Positions 50,330 through 63,668 of a stretch of 64,000 bases of DNA are shown here, in pieces (positions within the stretch are counted from its first letter, which is position 1; each line of letters opens with the position of its first letter). This stretch comes from Camelus ferus (Eukaryota): the NCBI RefSeq assembly GCF_009834535.1, contig NC_045699.1, positions 64,666,001-64,730,000 on the forward strand, in the 5' to 3' direction. The notes under the pieces were generated by a model that ran no database searches, was not told where the DNA came from, and worked only from the letters and a program-made list of their open reading frames with translations. A program made the position numbers and the translations under genes.

Positions 50330-50800
50330 CTGCCTACAATAGCCCCATACTTGCTCTGGGAACTGTCTTTTCTATGCCTTCTACTTAGCTCCATCCACAA
50401 AGGCGGGAAGTATGTACTTCAAATCCTTACCCTCAAACACAGCTGAACCAGACTGGGCAATCAGATTCTACCTCCCAAGAATGTAGAATTGAAATTAAAA
50501 TAGAAAATTGGTGTCTCTGTGTGGCTGAGAACTGTTAGTTTTTAAAGAAAGGCTGTGGAAGCAGCCACATTCTACCATATGTACTAAAGAGGAGAAAGCA
50601 GATCTTCAAAGTGAAAAGGAACAGATGGGCAGAGTCGGGCAGAGTCAAACAGAGGTAGGAGACAGTCCTATGAGCTTCCAGTTCTTGGTTCCAATTCTTC
50701 CTAGAGCTCTTCCAATTCCTGCCCCTGAGTTCTGAAAGTACCTATATATTGAGATACTATGAATTTCTATTATTTGCAACTAAAAGGTCTAAGTAATAAT
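50330..50800 (+). mobile_element. MaLR (MLT1-type) LTR relic
   Basis: gggcaatcagattctacctcccaagaat...cagttcttggttcc...atttctattatttgcaactaaaaggtctaagtaata terminus. Confidence 0.55.
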
Positions 50801-51017
50801 GAATTTACTTTCTTACCTATCTCTCCTGTTTATCTCATTAGCACCATGAAGGCAGAAGCTGTGTCTTCATCTATCTACCAGACTGGCACCAATCCTGGAA
50901 ATGTCAGGTGCTCAATTAATGACTGCCACCTGAGGTAGACTTCAGAGTTATGCATTTTTTACATACGTAAATTTCAACTCTTAAACGTATAAACAAGTAT
51001 TGAACTCCAGCTAATTA

Positions 51018-51265
51018 TATGCACATCGAAGTGTTTAGGGATAAACTGTAAGGATGTCTGCAATTTATTATGAAACACATCAAAAATAAGATGGAATGAT
51101 AGATGGGTAGTGAGATAAATACATGGATAAACGTGATAAAGCAAATAAAAGAAAATATTAACTGCTGAGATTGAGCTAATTGTAGAATAAACAGGTGTTC
51201 ACTGTACAATTCTTTCAACTTTTTTGCTTATTTAAACTTTAATGATAAAATGTTTAGAGAAAATT
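51018..51265 (+). mobile_element. L1ME/MC 3' end
   Basis: gaagtgtttagggataaactg...gatgtctgcaatttattatgaaac...gttcactgtacaattctttcaactttt. Confidence 0.65.
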
Positions 51266-53777
51266 TTTAAATCTGCATTGGGAAAAGATCCACAGACATA
51301 CTCGCATTAAATGATTTTACTGCCCTCTGCCTTAAAATGGAATTTCAAAGGACTTTAAAAGGTACAGTAGGTACCTAGGTGATTTCCTTTCACTGGTTAG
51401 AAGGTTTTAAAAGTGTTTTTGTCTGCCTTTCTAGTTCATATGCTTGTTTCACAGTGACAGCAGTGAGGGACAATTAAAATAAACTAAATACTTCCAATTT
51501 CATGCCTCCTTTAAAACTAGTTTTAGAAAACATAATAAAGTTAGATTGGATAATTCAAATCATGTTTTCTATTATCAAAACCATTCATCAAGACAAAAGT
51601 AAAAGAGCTGGCAGCTCTATACTGTTAACTTTCTCTACAAAACAGAAAAACACATTAGGAGTATAAGGAGATCAGAATCATAAAATCACAGACTGCTAAA
51701 CCTGGTCAAAAAGACTAACTACACAATCCTTATTTCTCAAAGAGAAAACTAAGACCCAAAGAGATGAAATATCTTTGTCCAAGGTCACCAAACAACTTTT
51801 CAGCAAGGCTGAGACTCCAATTCTAGACTCCAGAGCTCTTTCCTTCCTTCTTAGTAGTCTCAGATCCTTTCTTTCTTTCTTTCTTTCTTTCTTTTTTTTT
51901 TTTTTTGAAGAATAATAGTATGTGAAGTGCTTCATTCTCAGCTTAAATGTTTTGTATTTGTCCAAGTGGTTTTTTTGTACTACACATTGAAATTATAAAT
52001 ACAGGTGAATACAAGAATCACATTATGACCCAGATTCAAATGACATATCTTATCATTTACTGTCACTGAACTTCATTAAAATAGCCTGAAACTGCTGTCC
52101 CATCATTTTAGGCAAGTAAAGAGGCACCGAAAGAATTTTAGCAGTGCATTTGCCTACATTCCTTGTCTGTGGTAGAAAGCCAAAATTAAATGTGTACATT
52201 GCCAAAAAGAGAATAATTCAAAGCTAGAAGTTGGAAGATAAATCTTAATTCAGTCTATTTTTTAGTCTATCTTTTTACTCATAATGTATATGCTAAAATA
52301 ACAGATTACGGATCTGGGTAACTATTTATTCTTGCAAAAGCGTTCAAGTAATGCTAGTCTGTGTTGTATAAAGACTTCAATTAGGCTTCAGTAAATTTAC
52401 GATTCAATCACTATATTCCTATCGATATTTTGTAAGACAACTGAAAATCTAAGCAAAGACTGGAACCCTAAGGCACAACTTCAGCAAAATACACTGATAT
52501 CCCACAAAGTTACAGGTCACCAACCAGATGCAGAAAGAATGGTATTTCTTTGTCTGATCTCTGTCCCTTTCATAGCAAAACTAAAGCTGTAAGGGATGTC
52601 AAAAAGGTAGTTTGCTATATGTAAAATAAATTTAAATCATGTAATTTCTACTTACTAAAATTCAGCTGTACTAAAGTCACCTCTTCTGAAATAATTTAGG
52701 AATAAAGTGCACATCATGATAGGGTTCCAAGAAAAATAATCAAAAATAAGTCAACTAGAATGAGCTTGCTGTCTGTTCTAGTAAAGTGGGAATGTGTAGA
52801 AGTCTCCACCTGATTAATAATCCATCTGTACAAATACTTAACATTCTGCCATAGTCCACAGCTTCCAATCCCTAAATCAGATTACCACAAATGCTGCTGC
52901 TGAAAACACTTCACCAAGAACATTTCAGCACTGAAGAAATACTCAAAATACTAAAGAATGGCACCTCACCTCCTAGTGTGTCAGAGAGGAGAAAGGACTC
53001 CTCCAGCTGCTATAAAGCAGAAAATATTCCCAATTTCTTGAGTAGCATGTACTAAAATGGTTTTTCCCACATTATAAGTACAGTAAAATTATCTGTGAAA
53101 TTACATAAATAAGCACTGTATTTCAAGAGAAATACATTTGACTAACAGAGAAAATATGACTGCCACAATTATTTTATTTCTACTTTTTATTTCCTTTGCT
53201 CATTTTACACGTCATTTTATCTACCGGAAACAAGGCTATAAAATGTAACTTACAAAAAGAGAGCAAAATCTCTGTTGCCTGGTATTCCATTAACTGGCAT
53301 ACCTAAAGTATGACATCATTTATGAATGTAATGATGACAATGAAGCAATGCAAGTTCTTGATGTACTTCTGAATCTTCAAAATAAGATCAAATTATGCCA
53401 GTAATTTGTCCATATATTAAATTGGACATCACTAATATTATATTGGACACACTGTTAAGGAAAGATGTAAAAACAGCAATAGCAGTAAGTATAAAAAATG
53501 TTGGACAGAATTTTCTGCCCCTAAAAATGGTGTGTTACACAAACTGCACTGACTTTGAAGCCATGAGATCTAGACTGAAGTCTCAGTTCAGCAATTTCCT
53601 GTTGGTTTCCTTCAATGTTTACTCACTTCAGTCTCAGTTCTCTCATTTACAATGCGACCACCACTACTTGGTTTATCTACTTACCTCACACAGCTGGTAC
53701 AAGAAGCCAGAGATGAATGTGTGCAGTCATACTTTGTAAACATAGCACTGGGCTGTTCTGGCATTCTTGCTGAAATC

Positions 53778-54310
53778 TATTACAACTATGGCAGAGACTG
53801 CTAACTATCCACCAAAGTCCACTGTTCCTTCGAAAAACAGTTGTAGCTGGGACAAAGCTCCCCACCTCCATATTCTGTAGCTGAAAATGCACTCCCAAGA
53901 ACATTTCAACACTGATGAAATACTCAAAATACTACAGAATGACATCCTACCTCCTACTGTCAGCAAGGAGAAAGGGCATGACATTACCCAATCTCTGCGC
54001 AATTAGGTAAGGCAATGAGACTAAACCCTCAGCAACCAAAGTGAGTGGAAATTTATATTTGCAATTTTCACCTCACTTAAGAGAAAAACCTCTTGCACTG
54101 TGCTGCCAACCATAACAACCTTGGAAGTCAGGTACTAAGGATGGTAGAATCCCTATTAGCCCTAACGCGTGAGGTCCCTAAATGCCTATATAAAGGTGAG
54201 CCACATGCTGATGTGGACACCTGCTCTGAACTATTATGCACTGGATCTGGTGTTTTGGCCAATGTATTTCGGGGCTCTAATTCAGCAGCTGGAATTACAA
54301 AACTAATACA
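53778..54310 (+). mobile_element. MaLR (MLT1-type) LTR relic carrying a ~95-bp local insertion
   Basis: Starts tatggcagagactgctaactatccacc (MLT1-like start); MLT1-like acattacccaatctc...gcaattaggtaaggcaatgagactaa resumes after 53975. Confidence 0.6.
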
Positions 54311-54461
54311 ATGCCCAATCCCTCACACAAGGTAAGGTGATGGGTGCAACTATAAAATCCCTAACAGAACTTAACAAGCTTCCAATGCCTTCACACAAGG
54401 TACACATAAAAGATAAAATTCCCAAAACGAATAGTTTCCCAGAAAGACATTACCTGAGAAG

Positions 54462-54725
54462 ACTATAAAGCACAGTGGATAAGAGAATAGGCCCTGAAAT
54501 CAGACTGCCTCAGTTCAGATCCCTGCTCTACCACTTGTTAAGTGTGTAATCTTGGAATAGGAAATTAATCTTTCTGTCTGACATGTAAAGTGCGAATAAA
54601 AACAGTATTCACCTCATTAAGCTGTTGTGATGTTTAAATGAAAAAAAAAAAAAGCCCATGTTTTAAAGCTGCTTAGCAAGATGCATGGCACAAGAACACT
54701 TGGTAAATGTTGGCTTTTATTATTA
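54462..54725 (+). mobile_element. MIR
   Basis: gccctgaaatcagactgcctcagttcagatccctgctctaccacttg...gctgttgtgatgtttaaatg. Confidence 0.7.
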
Positions 54726-55062
54726 AAATTATAAAATTCATCATGATACTGTACAATTTCACCAAGGTGATTATGTATCAATAAGGCTACTGGAATGTTA
54801 CCAGATCCTCTACAGTCTAGTTAGTGGTGCAAAGTATTCCAGTAGATACGCAATTAAACCTAGGTTTCCTGAAACGCAAATTAAAAGCATCTCACTTCCA
54901 GTAACCAAGAAAGACAGCTGCATACAAGAAGCATGACCTAGGGTCTGTCTATTTGCAAACCATTACAGTGACCAAGAGAGAACAGTGCATTGTATTAAGA
55001 GACAACCCAATTTCAGAACAGGCTTTACAGCGATTCTAATGGCACTGTTTTCCAAGACAGAG

Positions 55063-55094
55063 GCATCCCAGCATCCCAGCATCCCAGCATCCCA
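55063..55094. repeat. (GCATCCCA)4 perfect tandem octamer
   Basis: Directly visible. Confidence 0.9.
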
Positions 55095-56209
55095 CATATG
55101 CACATGAATTTATAAACAGTTGAGATCCAAATAATCTAAAGATGTGAAGGGAGATTACGCAAGGAAATTTCAAAACTTTGCCCTGCCTTCCTAACAACGA
55201 ATCTTACAGCATAAAATAGAGAGAACATTGTTATTTGTACACGTACAAGAGAAAACCCAAAACAAACATTAAACCTAGGTATACTATAAAAGCAATTCCG
55301 TATTTTAAACAAAGGACACTCCAAAAATAAATTCTATACTATAATACCATCTGGAGAGCAGGCACACATTCAATATATCATACAGGGAGAAAGGTAAATT
55401 CAATCATAACATTACAAAGTTACAGAATGAGAATCTTTTAAGTGTTACTAATGATTTCCTCAGCAGTGGCAATAACATGTATGCTTTGCTACCCCTAATT
55501 ATAAATACATTAAATAAAATAAATAAAACCAAAATCAGATCACATCAAATCAAACCCCTCCTAGTATGAAATGTCTACCCTGCCCTCCCTGTCTATCCAA
55601 AATGTTATCTTTTTTTCCAGGGCCACATTTAATCTCACTGCCACAGTGAGGCCTAGTGAAGAAGCCTACCCTGACCTCATAATCTGTACCTGTACCACAA
55701 ATTTAGACACTAGGGCACTGAAGGCCTTGCATTCATGTGAGTATGACTTAACTTGAAAAACAAAACTCCTGGAGGGCAGGGATTGTCATCTCCTTTTGCT
55801 ATGCTATTTTTACAGCCAGTGTTGAGTAATAATAATGATTATCACCTACAATTTATTGAATGCCTCACACTGAGCTAGGTACTCTAAATAATTTTAATAT
55901 AAAATATCTAATGAACACACATTACTAAATGATACATTTGAACTTATGAAGCATGTTAATGAAATGAGTATCTACGAACCAGCCAGCCAGCAAGAGAACT
56001 AGTACATTATCATCACAGCTGAAGTAACCCATACAGTCTTCATCTTCACAGCAGCCCTGAGAGAGGCAGGTATGCACTACTATCCCAACCCCCACCCCAA
56101 GGTGGGGCAGGCAACACAGGCTCAAAAGGACTAAACCAAGGTCACAAAACTATTAGTGATAGAGCCCACATTCAAATCAGGTTTCCTGACTGAAAGACCA
56201 ATTTTCTTC

Positions 56210-57140
56210 CCACCATACCTATTCTATTACCTGGAATTGCCCTTCTCCTCTGCCTCTACCTCAACTCAAGACTTGTCTGTCCAACTGATGCCCTGCCAGC
56301 AGTGAAAACAAAGTCATCAAAACAGTTTGAAACTTTTTACCCAAAAACCTACTCCCCTCCCAAGCCTTACCCATCTCACTGAACACCAATAACCAACCAC
56401 CCAAGCTCTAAATGGAAAAAGTTCAGCCCTGACATACAGATGGTCAACATAGCCAATAACCCTCCTTCTAAAATGAATCCTGAATCCTTTCTAGCATCAT
56501 TTTTCACCTAAACAGAAATATCCTCCTAATCATCTTCCTGCTTTCATTCTGGCCCCTCCTCCAAACAACTGACTCATTGCTTACAACATCAAACCTTTTC
56601 ACTCCCCTATTCAAAATCTTCCAACGGCTTCTCATCATCCTCAGAATAAAAATCATACTCCTCTCCCAGGTTTACAAAGTCTCAGCTGATTTGGGCCCAC
56701 CTCACCAAACTCTCACCTGTACCTCACTCTCTCCCTCTTGGTTATTACACTCTGATCACTGTCCTCCTTTTTGGTCCCTCCCACATACTGACTATGTCCC
56801 TGCACTGCACCGGCAGTTCCCTCGACTGGAACAATCTTCTTTTTCTCTTTCTTAACATTCAGACCTACCCATAAATGAGAACCATAAATAAGGGCTTCCC
56901 TGATCATCCAATCAAGTAACCACCCCATCACTCTCCTATTTTTATATCAACCTACATTTTAATTCTCTGCATCACTTAACTGATGTATTTCTTGATTATT
57001 TGTTTTCCATTTCCCCAAAGGAACATAAGGTGAATGGAAGAAAGGACCTTGCCTCTTTTATTTAACTGCATTCCAGTGCCTAGAACAGTGCCTGGCCTAC
57101 AATATTGATAAGGATATTGAGTAAATACATTTATGAATAA
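56210..57140 (+). mobile_element. L2 relic
   Basis: aaatcttccaacggcttctcatc...ctcagaataaaaatcatactcct...ttccagtgcctagaacagtgcctggc. Confidence 0.7.
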
Positions 57141-57329
57141 ATTAACAATTACCTCCATTTCCATTGCTCTATTATTGGTGTTTCTTTTTAAGCACCAACA
57201 GGTGGGAGTGGGGCAGTCTAAAAAGTTAACATTTTTCTAGTTACAAACAAATCTCTCTGTCCAATTTAAGTAGTACTTCCTCTACAGAACTCCTTCTCTC
57301 TAATCTCATTCCAGTCTACTTAAATCCAA

Positions 57330-59140
57330 TGGTAAAGATGTACCATAGTAAAGCCGTCAATTCTCCCCAAATTGATATATAAATTGAATGAAATTCCCAT
57401 CAACATTTTTCTCAAGACACAAACTTATTCAAATATTTACACGGGAAGGCACAAGACTCAGAATTTGCTAAAACAATTCTGAAAAAGAAAAAAAGGGGAG
57501 GAGTCACTCCACATAATTTAAAGCTTTATTATATAGCTACTGGAATCAAGACTGTGTGGTATTGGCAGAAGGACAGAGATCAAAGAACAGAGGAGACCCA
57601 GAAAGAGAACCACAAAACCACGCCAACTAAGTTTTGAAAAAGGTGCAAAAGCAATTCAATGCAAGAAGGACAGCCTTTTTAACAAAAGGTGCTGGAGGAA
57701 CTGGATATTAATTTGGAGGCCCAAAGAAAACAACACTGATCTAAATCTTACATCTTATACAAAAAACTAATTCAAATGATCACAGACTTAAATGTAAAGC
57801 TATAAAAACTTGAAGATCAAATTCACAGGAGAAAATCTTCAGGACACAGAGCTAGTTCTATAGTTCTTAGACTTGACAACAAAAGACCCATAAAAGAGAA
57901 CCTGATAAACGGGACCTCATCAAAATTAAAATACTTTTGTTCTATGAAAGACCCGGTTAAGAAGATTTAAAACACAACCTAAAAACTGGGAGAAAATATT
58001 TGCAAACCACATATCCAACAAAAGACTTTATCTAAAACATATAAAGAACTCTCAAAACTCAACAGGGGGGAAAAAAAGCAAGCAACCCAATAAGAAAATG
58101 AGCAAAAGACATTTCACTAGAAAGGCAATAAATATGGCAAATAAGCACATAAAAAGTTGTTCAATATCATTAGCCATCAGAGAAATACAAATCAAAACCA
58201 CAATGAGATATCTCTACATACTGATCTGAATGGCTAAAATAAAAAATAATTCATTGCAAAATAGTGGGAATGCAAGAGTACAGCTACTTTGGAAAACCAT
58301 TTGGCAGTTTTTTTTACAAAGCTAAGCAGTCTTATCATGCAATCCAGGAATCATGCTCCTAGGTATTTACCCAAACAAGCTGAAAATTTATGTTCACACA
58401 AATACCTGAACACAAATGTTTACAGCAGCTTTATTATAATTTCCAAAAACCGGAAGCAAGATGTCTTCCAGTAGGCGAATAAGCTGTAATATATCCACAT
58501 GGAGGAATATTATTCAGCAATTAAAAAAATGAGCCATCAAACCACCAAAAGACATAGAGGAAACTTAAATGCATATTGCTAAGTGAAAGAAGCCAAGCTG
58601 AAAAGGCTGCATATGTACGATTCCAATTACAGCCAACCCTCGGTATCCAGATGCTCAAGCCTGTTAGTATCCATGGGTTTCACATCTGCGATTCAACCAA
58701 CCTTAGAATAAAACTCCAAGGTTAAGAACACACAGATACAGAGGGGCGACTGTATATGACATTCTGCAAAAGGCAAAACTACAGAGATAGGAAAAAGATC
58801 AGTAAGTAGTTGCCAGGGGCTAGGGGTGAGAGATGGAAGAATAGGTGTAGCGCAGGTGTTTTTTAGGGCAGTGAAACTTTTCTGTATGATACTGTAATGG
58901 TGGATATATGTGTACTTGTCAAAACCCACGGAATGTACAACACAAATAGTGATCTCTAATGAAAACTATGGACTTTAATTAATAATGGATCAATATTGGT
59001 CCATCAATTTTAACTAATGCTAGATGTTAATAAAAGGGGAAATCACCAAAGGAGGAAGATATATATGGGAACTCCATTATCTGCTCAACTTTCTATAAAC
59101 CTACAACTGCCCTAAATAATAGTCTATTAATTTTTCTTGA
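57330..59140 (+). mobile_element. L1MC1-like ORF2 3' end and 3'UTR
   Basis: aatcaagactgtgtggtattggcagaagg...gacctcatcaaaattaaaatactttt...ttttagggcagtgaaac...tgtcaaaacccacggaatgtacaacac...atagtctattaattttt. Confidence 0.8.
58630..58752. mobile_element. Tigger3/MER8-type MITE nested in L1MC, TA TSD
   Basis: Imperfect TIRs cagccaaccctcggtatc / gatacagaggggcgactg; TA on both sides (58628-58629, 58753-58754); the host L1 reads through. Confidence 0.75.
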
Positions 59141-59149
59141 AAAACAGTA

Positions 59150-59905
59150 GTAACATAAAATGCTGGTAAAGATGTAGAGAAACTGAGCCACTCACACATT
59201 TCTGGTGAGGAATGTAAAACGTTACAGCCTCTCTGAAAAAGTACAGCAGTGTCTTACAAAACTAAAAGTGCACTTACCATAAGACATGGCAGTTGCACTC
59301 TTGGGCATTGATCCCAGAGAAATGAAAATGTATGACCACACAAAAGCCTGTATATAAATGTTCACATCAGCTTTATCGGTAATAGCCAAAAGCTAGAAAA
59401 CAATCCAAATGTCCCCCTATTAAACAAACTGAGACATACATAACTACCACGGAATACTCAGCTATAAAAAGGAACAAACTATTGCCTACTTGCTAGAGTT
59501 GTTGTGAAAATTACATGTAGAAGAAACTATATATATTCATCTGTGTCTTGCTGAGCAGTGTGTGGCACATAGTAAGCTCTTAATAAATATTAGCTCATTA
59601 GGTATCGAGTAAGAAATATGTATGTGGCATACATTGCAATACATAAAATTGTAAACTGTAGACAATGCTATTAAATCATTGAAAAAATTATTTAAAAGGA
59701 ACAAACTATTAATACATGCAACAACTTGGATGGATCTCAATGGAATTACAGTAAGTGAAAAACGCAATCTTAAATGATTGCATACTGTATGATTCCATTT
59801 TTATAACACTTTTGAAATGACCAAATCATAGATTATTATTGAATTTATTATTTCTTACAAAAGCAAGTGAATCTACAATTTTCTCAAAATAAAAAGTTTT
59901 TTAAG
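59150..59905 (+). mobile_element. L1MB/MC 3' relic interrupted at 59484-59693
   Basis: gtaaagatgtagagaaactgag...gcagttgcactcttgggcatt...caacaacttggatggatctcaatggaatt. Confidence 0.7.
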
Positions 59906-59974
59906 CTACAATGGTAAAGATGTATTCTCCAAAATCAAGTATTTCCCTTTGGGTGGACTGACAAATTTCCCAAA

Positions 59975-60130
59975 GCAGTAGGTCTCAGCCTCAGATGCAC
60001 ATTTAAGAAGCACCTCTAAAACTCGTGATGCTTAGGCAGTGTCCCAGACCAACTCAGTTAGAATCCCTCAAGGTGAAACTCAGGTATCTGCATTTTTAAG
60101 CTATCAAATGTGCAATTAAGAGAATCAATT
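59975..60130 (+). mobile_element. MER5-type hAT-Charlie MITE
   Basis: cagtaggtctcagcc...gatgc...cccagacc...ggtatctgcattttt...aatgtgcaattaagagaatca. Confidence 0.5.
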
Positions 60131-62654
60131 AAGAGGATCAGTGTCTGCCCAATGTGCAATTAAGAGAATCAGTATCTGTCAGAGTAAGAGTCTTTTCAAA
60201 AGCAACCCTTATTAGCATGTCAAGATTATTAACAGGTGTTACAGATCTGACCATTAACAATTTGCTAAAATTTTAGCTACAAAAATCATTCCACTGATAA
60301 GTGGAAACATTAACCCAAATCTCACCCACCTTCCAGAAACAGAAGACTCAAAGAATTAGCCCAAGAAAGACAACAGTTCATTATTGTATATTTTTAAATA
60401 GCATCCCTACTTGGTAATGGAGTTTGAATGGCAAGTTGAATGGTAGGGTCATTCTCATCTGTGAAACTTCTATAAATATCAAAATGGAACTATTAATCTG
60501 GCTTTCCAAAATCTTTCGAGCAAAAAGGTTACCATATTCCATTTAGGATTTAACCTAAAATCAAAAGGAAGGATTTAAAACAATCTCAAGAGTTTCACAA
60601 ATTTAACTACCTACACAGAAGCCAGGAGAATAAGGTACAGAACATGAAGTATTTCAAATGATGTGCTCTCTTCCACCTGCATGTGAAAAAGCAGCAGTGG
60701 CAGCATCACAAAAAAAAAAAAAAACTGACTTAAAACTAAATGTCATGCAGGAACACTAAACACACCAAACAAACCCACATACCACATAATTCAACACATC
60801 CAAGCAGCAGTGGCTAAGAAATGGAATAGCGTGGACACTGCAAGGATTTGGCAGACTGATGTAGAGAGATTCACGTTTGTAACACGCAGTTACATTACCA
60901 AAATAGATTTTGGTTTTAGGCATGTCTGGAGGTTTGACAGAGGGCAGGGGGCAATTCCACTGTATAAATTATTAATTTAAAAGATTCTCAGCCCAGGTAA
61001 ATTAAGTTAAAAAAACAAAAAAACAAGAACACTGTAACATAACAGAATTCGACAGCTGTAGGGTGCTTAAAACATTGAAGTGATAAGGTCATTTTTAAAT
61101 ATGTGTAATCTTTTTACAAGTTCAGAAGAACCACAAATTATGGAGCTACAAACCACTAGCTATTCAAAAGAAAATTGTAGCTTATAAAATATTGGCTGAC
61201 TGCCAGTACAAATGAATTTTTTTTCCTCAAACAAGCTTTGTAAGCCACAATACTCTTTCAAAAGTAACTATAACTATATTATACACAAAGTAATGTATTA
61301 GATAGTAAAGGTAAGTTAATTCTTGGCCTAAACAAGCTGTAAAAGCCCACAAACGAATTGTTCATCAACACAGTAAAATGTCACCTTGAAAAATTTCAAT
61401 TCATTACTATTTTACCATAATTTCATCAAGCAACTAAGAAAAAGTAACGATAATAAAAAATAACTTTGGAATCCAAATACCAATTGATACACTTAAAGTG
61501 GGAGATTAACTACAACCCCTACACCCCCTTAAAATAGTTGTCCTTTGAAAAATAGCAAAAAACCCCTACAATCCAAAAATATTTCCCTCAATTTACTGCC
61601 CAAATAGAAATGTAAAAGACAACACTTTGGAGATAGATGAGGGTTCAGATCCCCAGCTATACAACTTCTTAGCTAGTAAGTACCTTGAGGAATTAACCAT
61701 TCCAGGCCTCACTTTTCTCATTAATAAAATGCAACCACCACCACACAGCTCACAGTGAAACTGGTATAAAACTCTAAAGAGGCAATGCATGTAACATAAG
61801 AACTCCGTAAACAGAGGCCAGAATAGTTGAATTACTACATTCAACAAATGGACAAATCAGGACATTCAAACTATCGAGAAGTCCAATGTCTTATAGAACT
61901 GGTACATTAGCGATAATTCTGAGTTGAAAAAACTATAACAACAACAATAATAATAATAGCTGCCATGAGTGCCTTCTAATGCTAGGCATTTTATAAATTT
62001 TCTTTTTAAATCTTTGTAACAATCTCGTAAGGGAACAACCAAGCACAAGGTATACAGAGGTATTTTAGGAAGCATTAAAATATTTCTGTAAAGTCTTGGG
62101 TACAGATACTCACCTGTACATGCATAAATATACATATTTTCCCCCAAAGAAAGGAATCTGAATATTATTCATTCTAGTCTGAGAATATATATAATATAGT
62201 CTAATATGTGTAAATAATATATTGCTCATATCTATGTATTCTTGGCACATTTTACTTAATCTTGTTTTCTCACTTATCAGTTATAACATTTTGATAATTG
62301 TTTGATAATTAGTCGTACCCACATCACAGAGAATTAGTTTTTTTTTTAAAAGACAAATAAGAACCTATAAAAATACTGGAAACCATACAATCCTACAAAA
62401 ATAGGGAAACAATGTGAGAATAAAAATATAAATTGCAATTTAATTTCGTAAGCCTAGTGTACTCTGTATGAATTCTCCAGTCTAGCCTGACTGACGTAAT
62501 GACCACTGAGCAAGCACTGCACTTTCCCCCCATAAAGACAATGGCCTCCTCTCTCCTCCACCTACTTAAAACTCATTTCACCCAAGGCTGTATGTCACAC
62601 TTGTTACTGAGAACACTGAGTTCATCTTTTTTTTTTCCACTTGTACATGATTGA

Positions 62655-62741
62655 TTTATTTATTTATTTTGCTTTTCTTTATTGAAGTATAGTCAGTTTA
62701 CTATCTTGGATCAATTTCTGGTGTACAACACAATGCTTGTT
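62655..62741 (-). mobile_element. Very short young camelid-type L1 3' tail
   Basis: tttattgaagtatagtcagtttac...tcaatttctggtgtacaacacaatg, same family as 5490-5729. Confidence 0.75.
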
Positions 62742-63024
62742 ATCTTTTTCATGAAATTATGTCTAACCTCTCTAGCTAGACTATAAATTACTGAAAAGGA
62801 ATCCACTTTCATAATGCATATCTTCAGTAGTACCCTAACACAATGCCTTGTCTATAAAAAGCACTTAAATAGTAAATGACCAATTCACTGCATTTCAAAA
62901 TTAGGCCACTCTTTAGTTCAAGGAATAAGATAGTTTCTAATACTGAGGATTGTAAAACAATCCATTCCACTTTAATTTCCAGATTAACCATTATTAAAGC
63001 TGCAGTTAGCAAATCTGGTCACTA

Positions 63025-63660
63025 CCATGGTTCTCTAACTGTGATCCAGGGACCCCTGGAGGTCTTTAAGGCCCTTTCATGGGTCTACAAAGCCAAAAGA
63101 ATTTTCACAGTAGTAAAACTCTCATTCTCTTTTAACTCTCATTCTCTCATGAGGATAGGGTTTTCCAGAGGCTAAACAATGTGTGGAGATATTATAAAAT
63201 GAAATGTATCACATTCGGAAGCCTAACATAATTCAGAGAACCAACATTTTCCAAATGACCAATGCATGATGTTACAAAATCATGTAAGCATAAAAATCCA
63301 TTCACAACGCAAAATCAATGAATTTTAATGTGACAAGATATAAAAAGCTCACCGATCAGGTTTCAGATTCCATTAAGAAACTATCATTTGTCAAGTTTTG
63401 GTATAGTATCAAAGAAGAATATCCATAATTATCTGAAAAGGCTATTAAAATATTCCTCTTTTCCAACTTCAGATCTGTGATGCCAAATTCAACCAGAACA
63501 ACATACCACAATGGAATAAATGCAGAATTAGCTATCAGAACCCAGCTGTCTTCTATTAAGCTATACATTAATGAGATCTGCAAAAATGCAAAGCAGTGCC
63601 ACTCTTCTGATTAAATTATTTTGCATTTTGGAAAATAAGATATTTTTCATTAAAAATATA
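63025..63660 (+). mobile_element. hAT-Charlie (Charlie1-like) DNA transposon relic
   Basis: catggttctctaactgtgatccagggacccctgg...aagttttggtatagtatcaaagaagaatatccataattatctgaaaaggctattaaaatattcctc. Confidence 0.7.
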
Positions 63661-63668
63661 CCATTTGC

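Noticed and set aside
57330-59140. Possible functional L1 ORF2
   Set aside because: Many stops and frameshifts and a nested MITE; no long ORF in the track.
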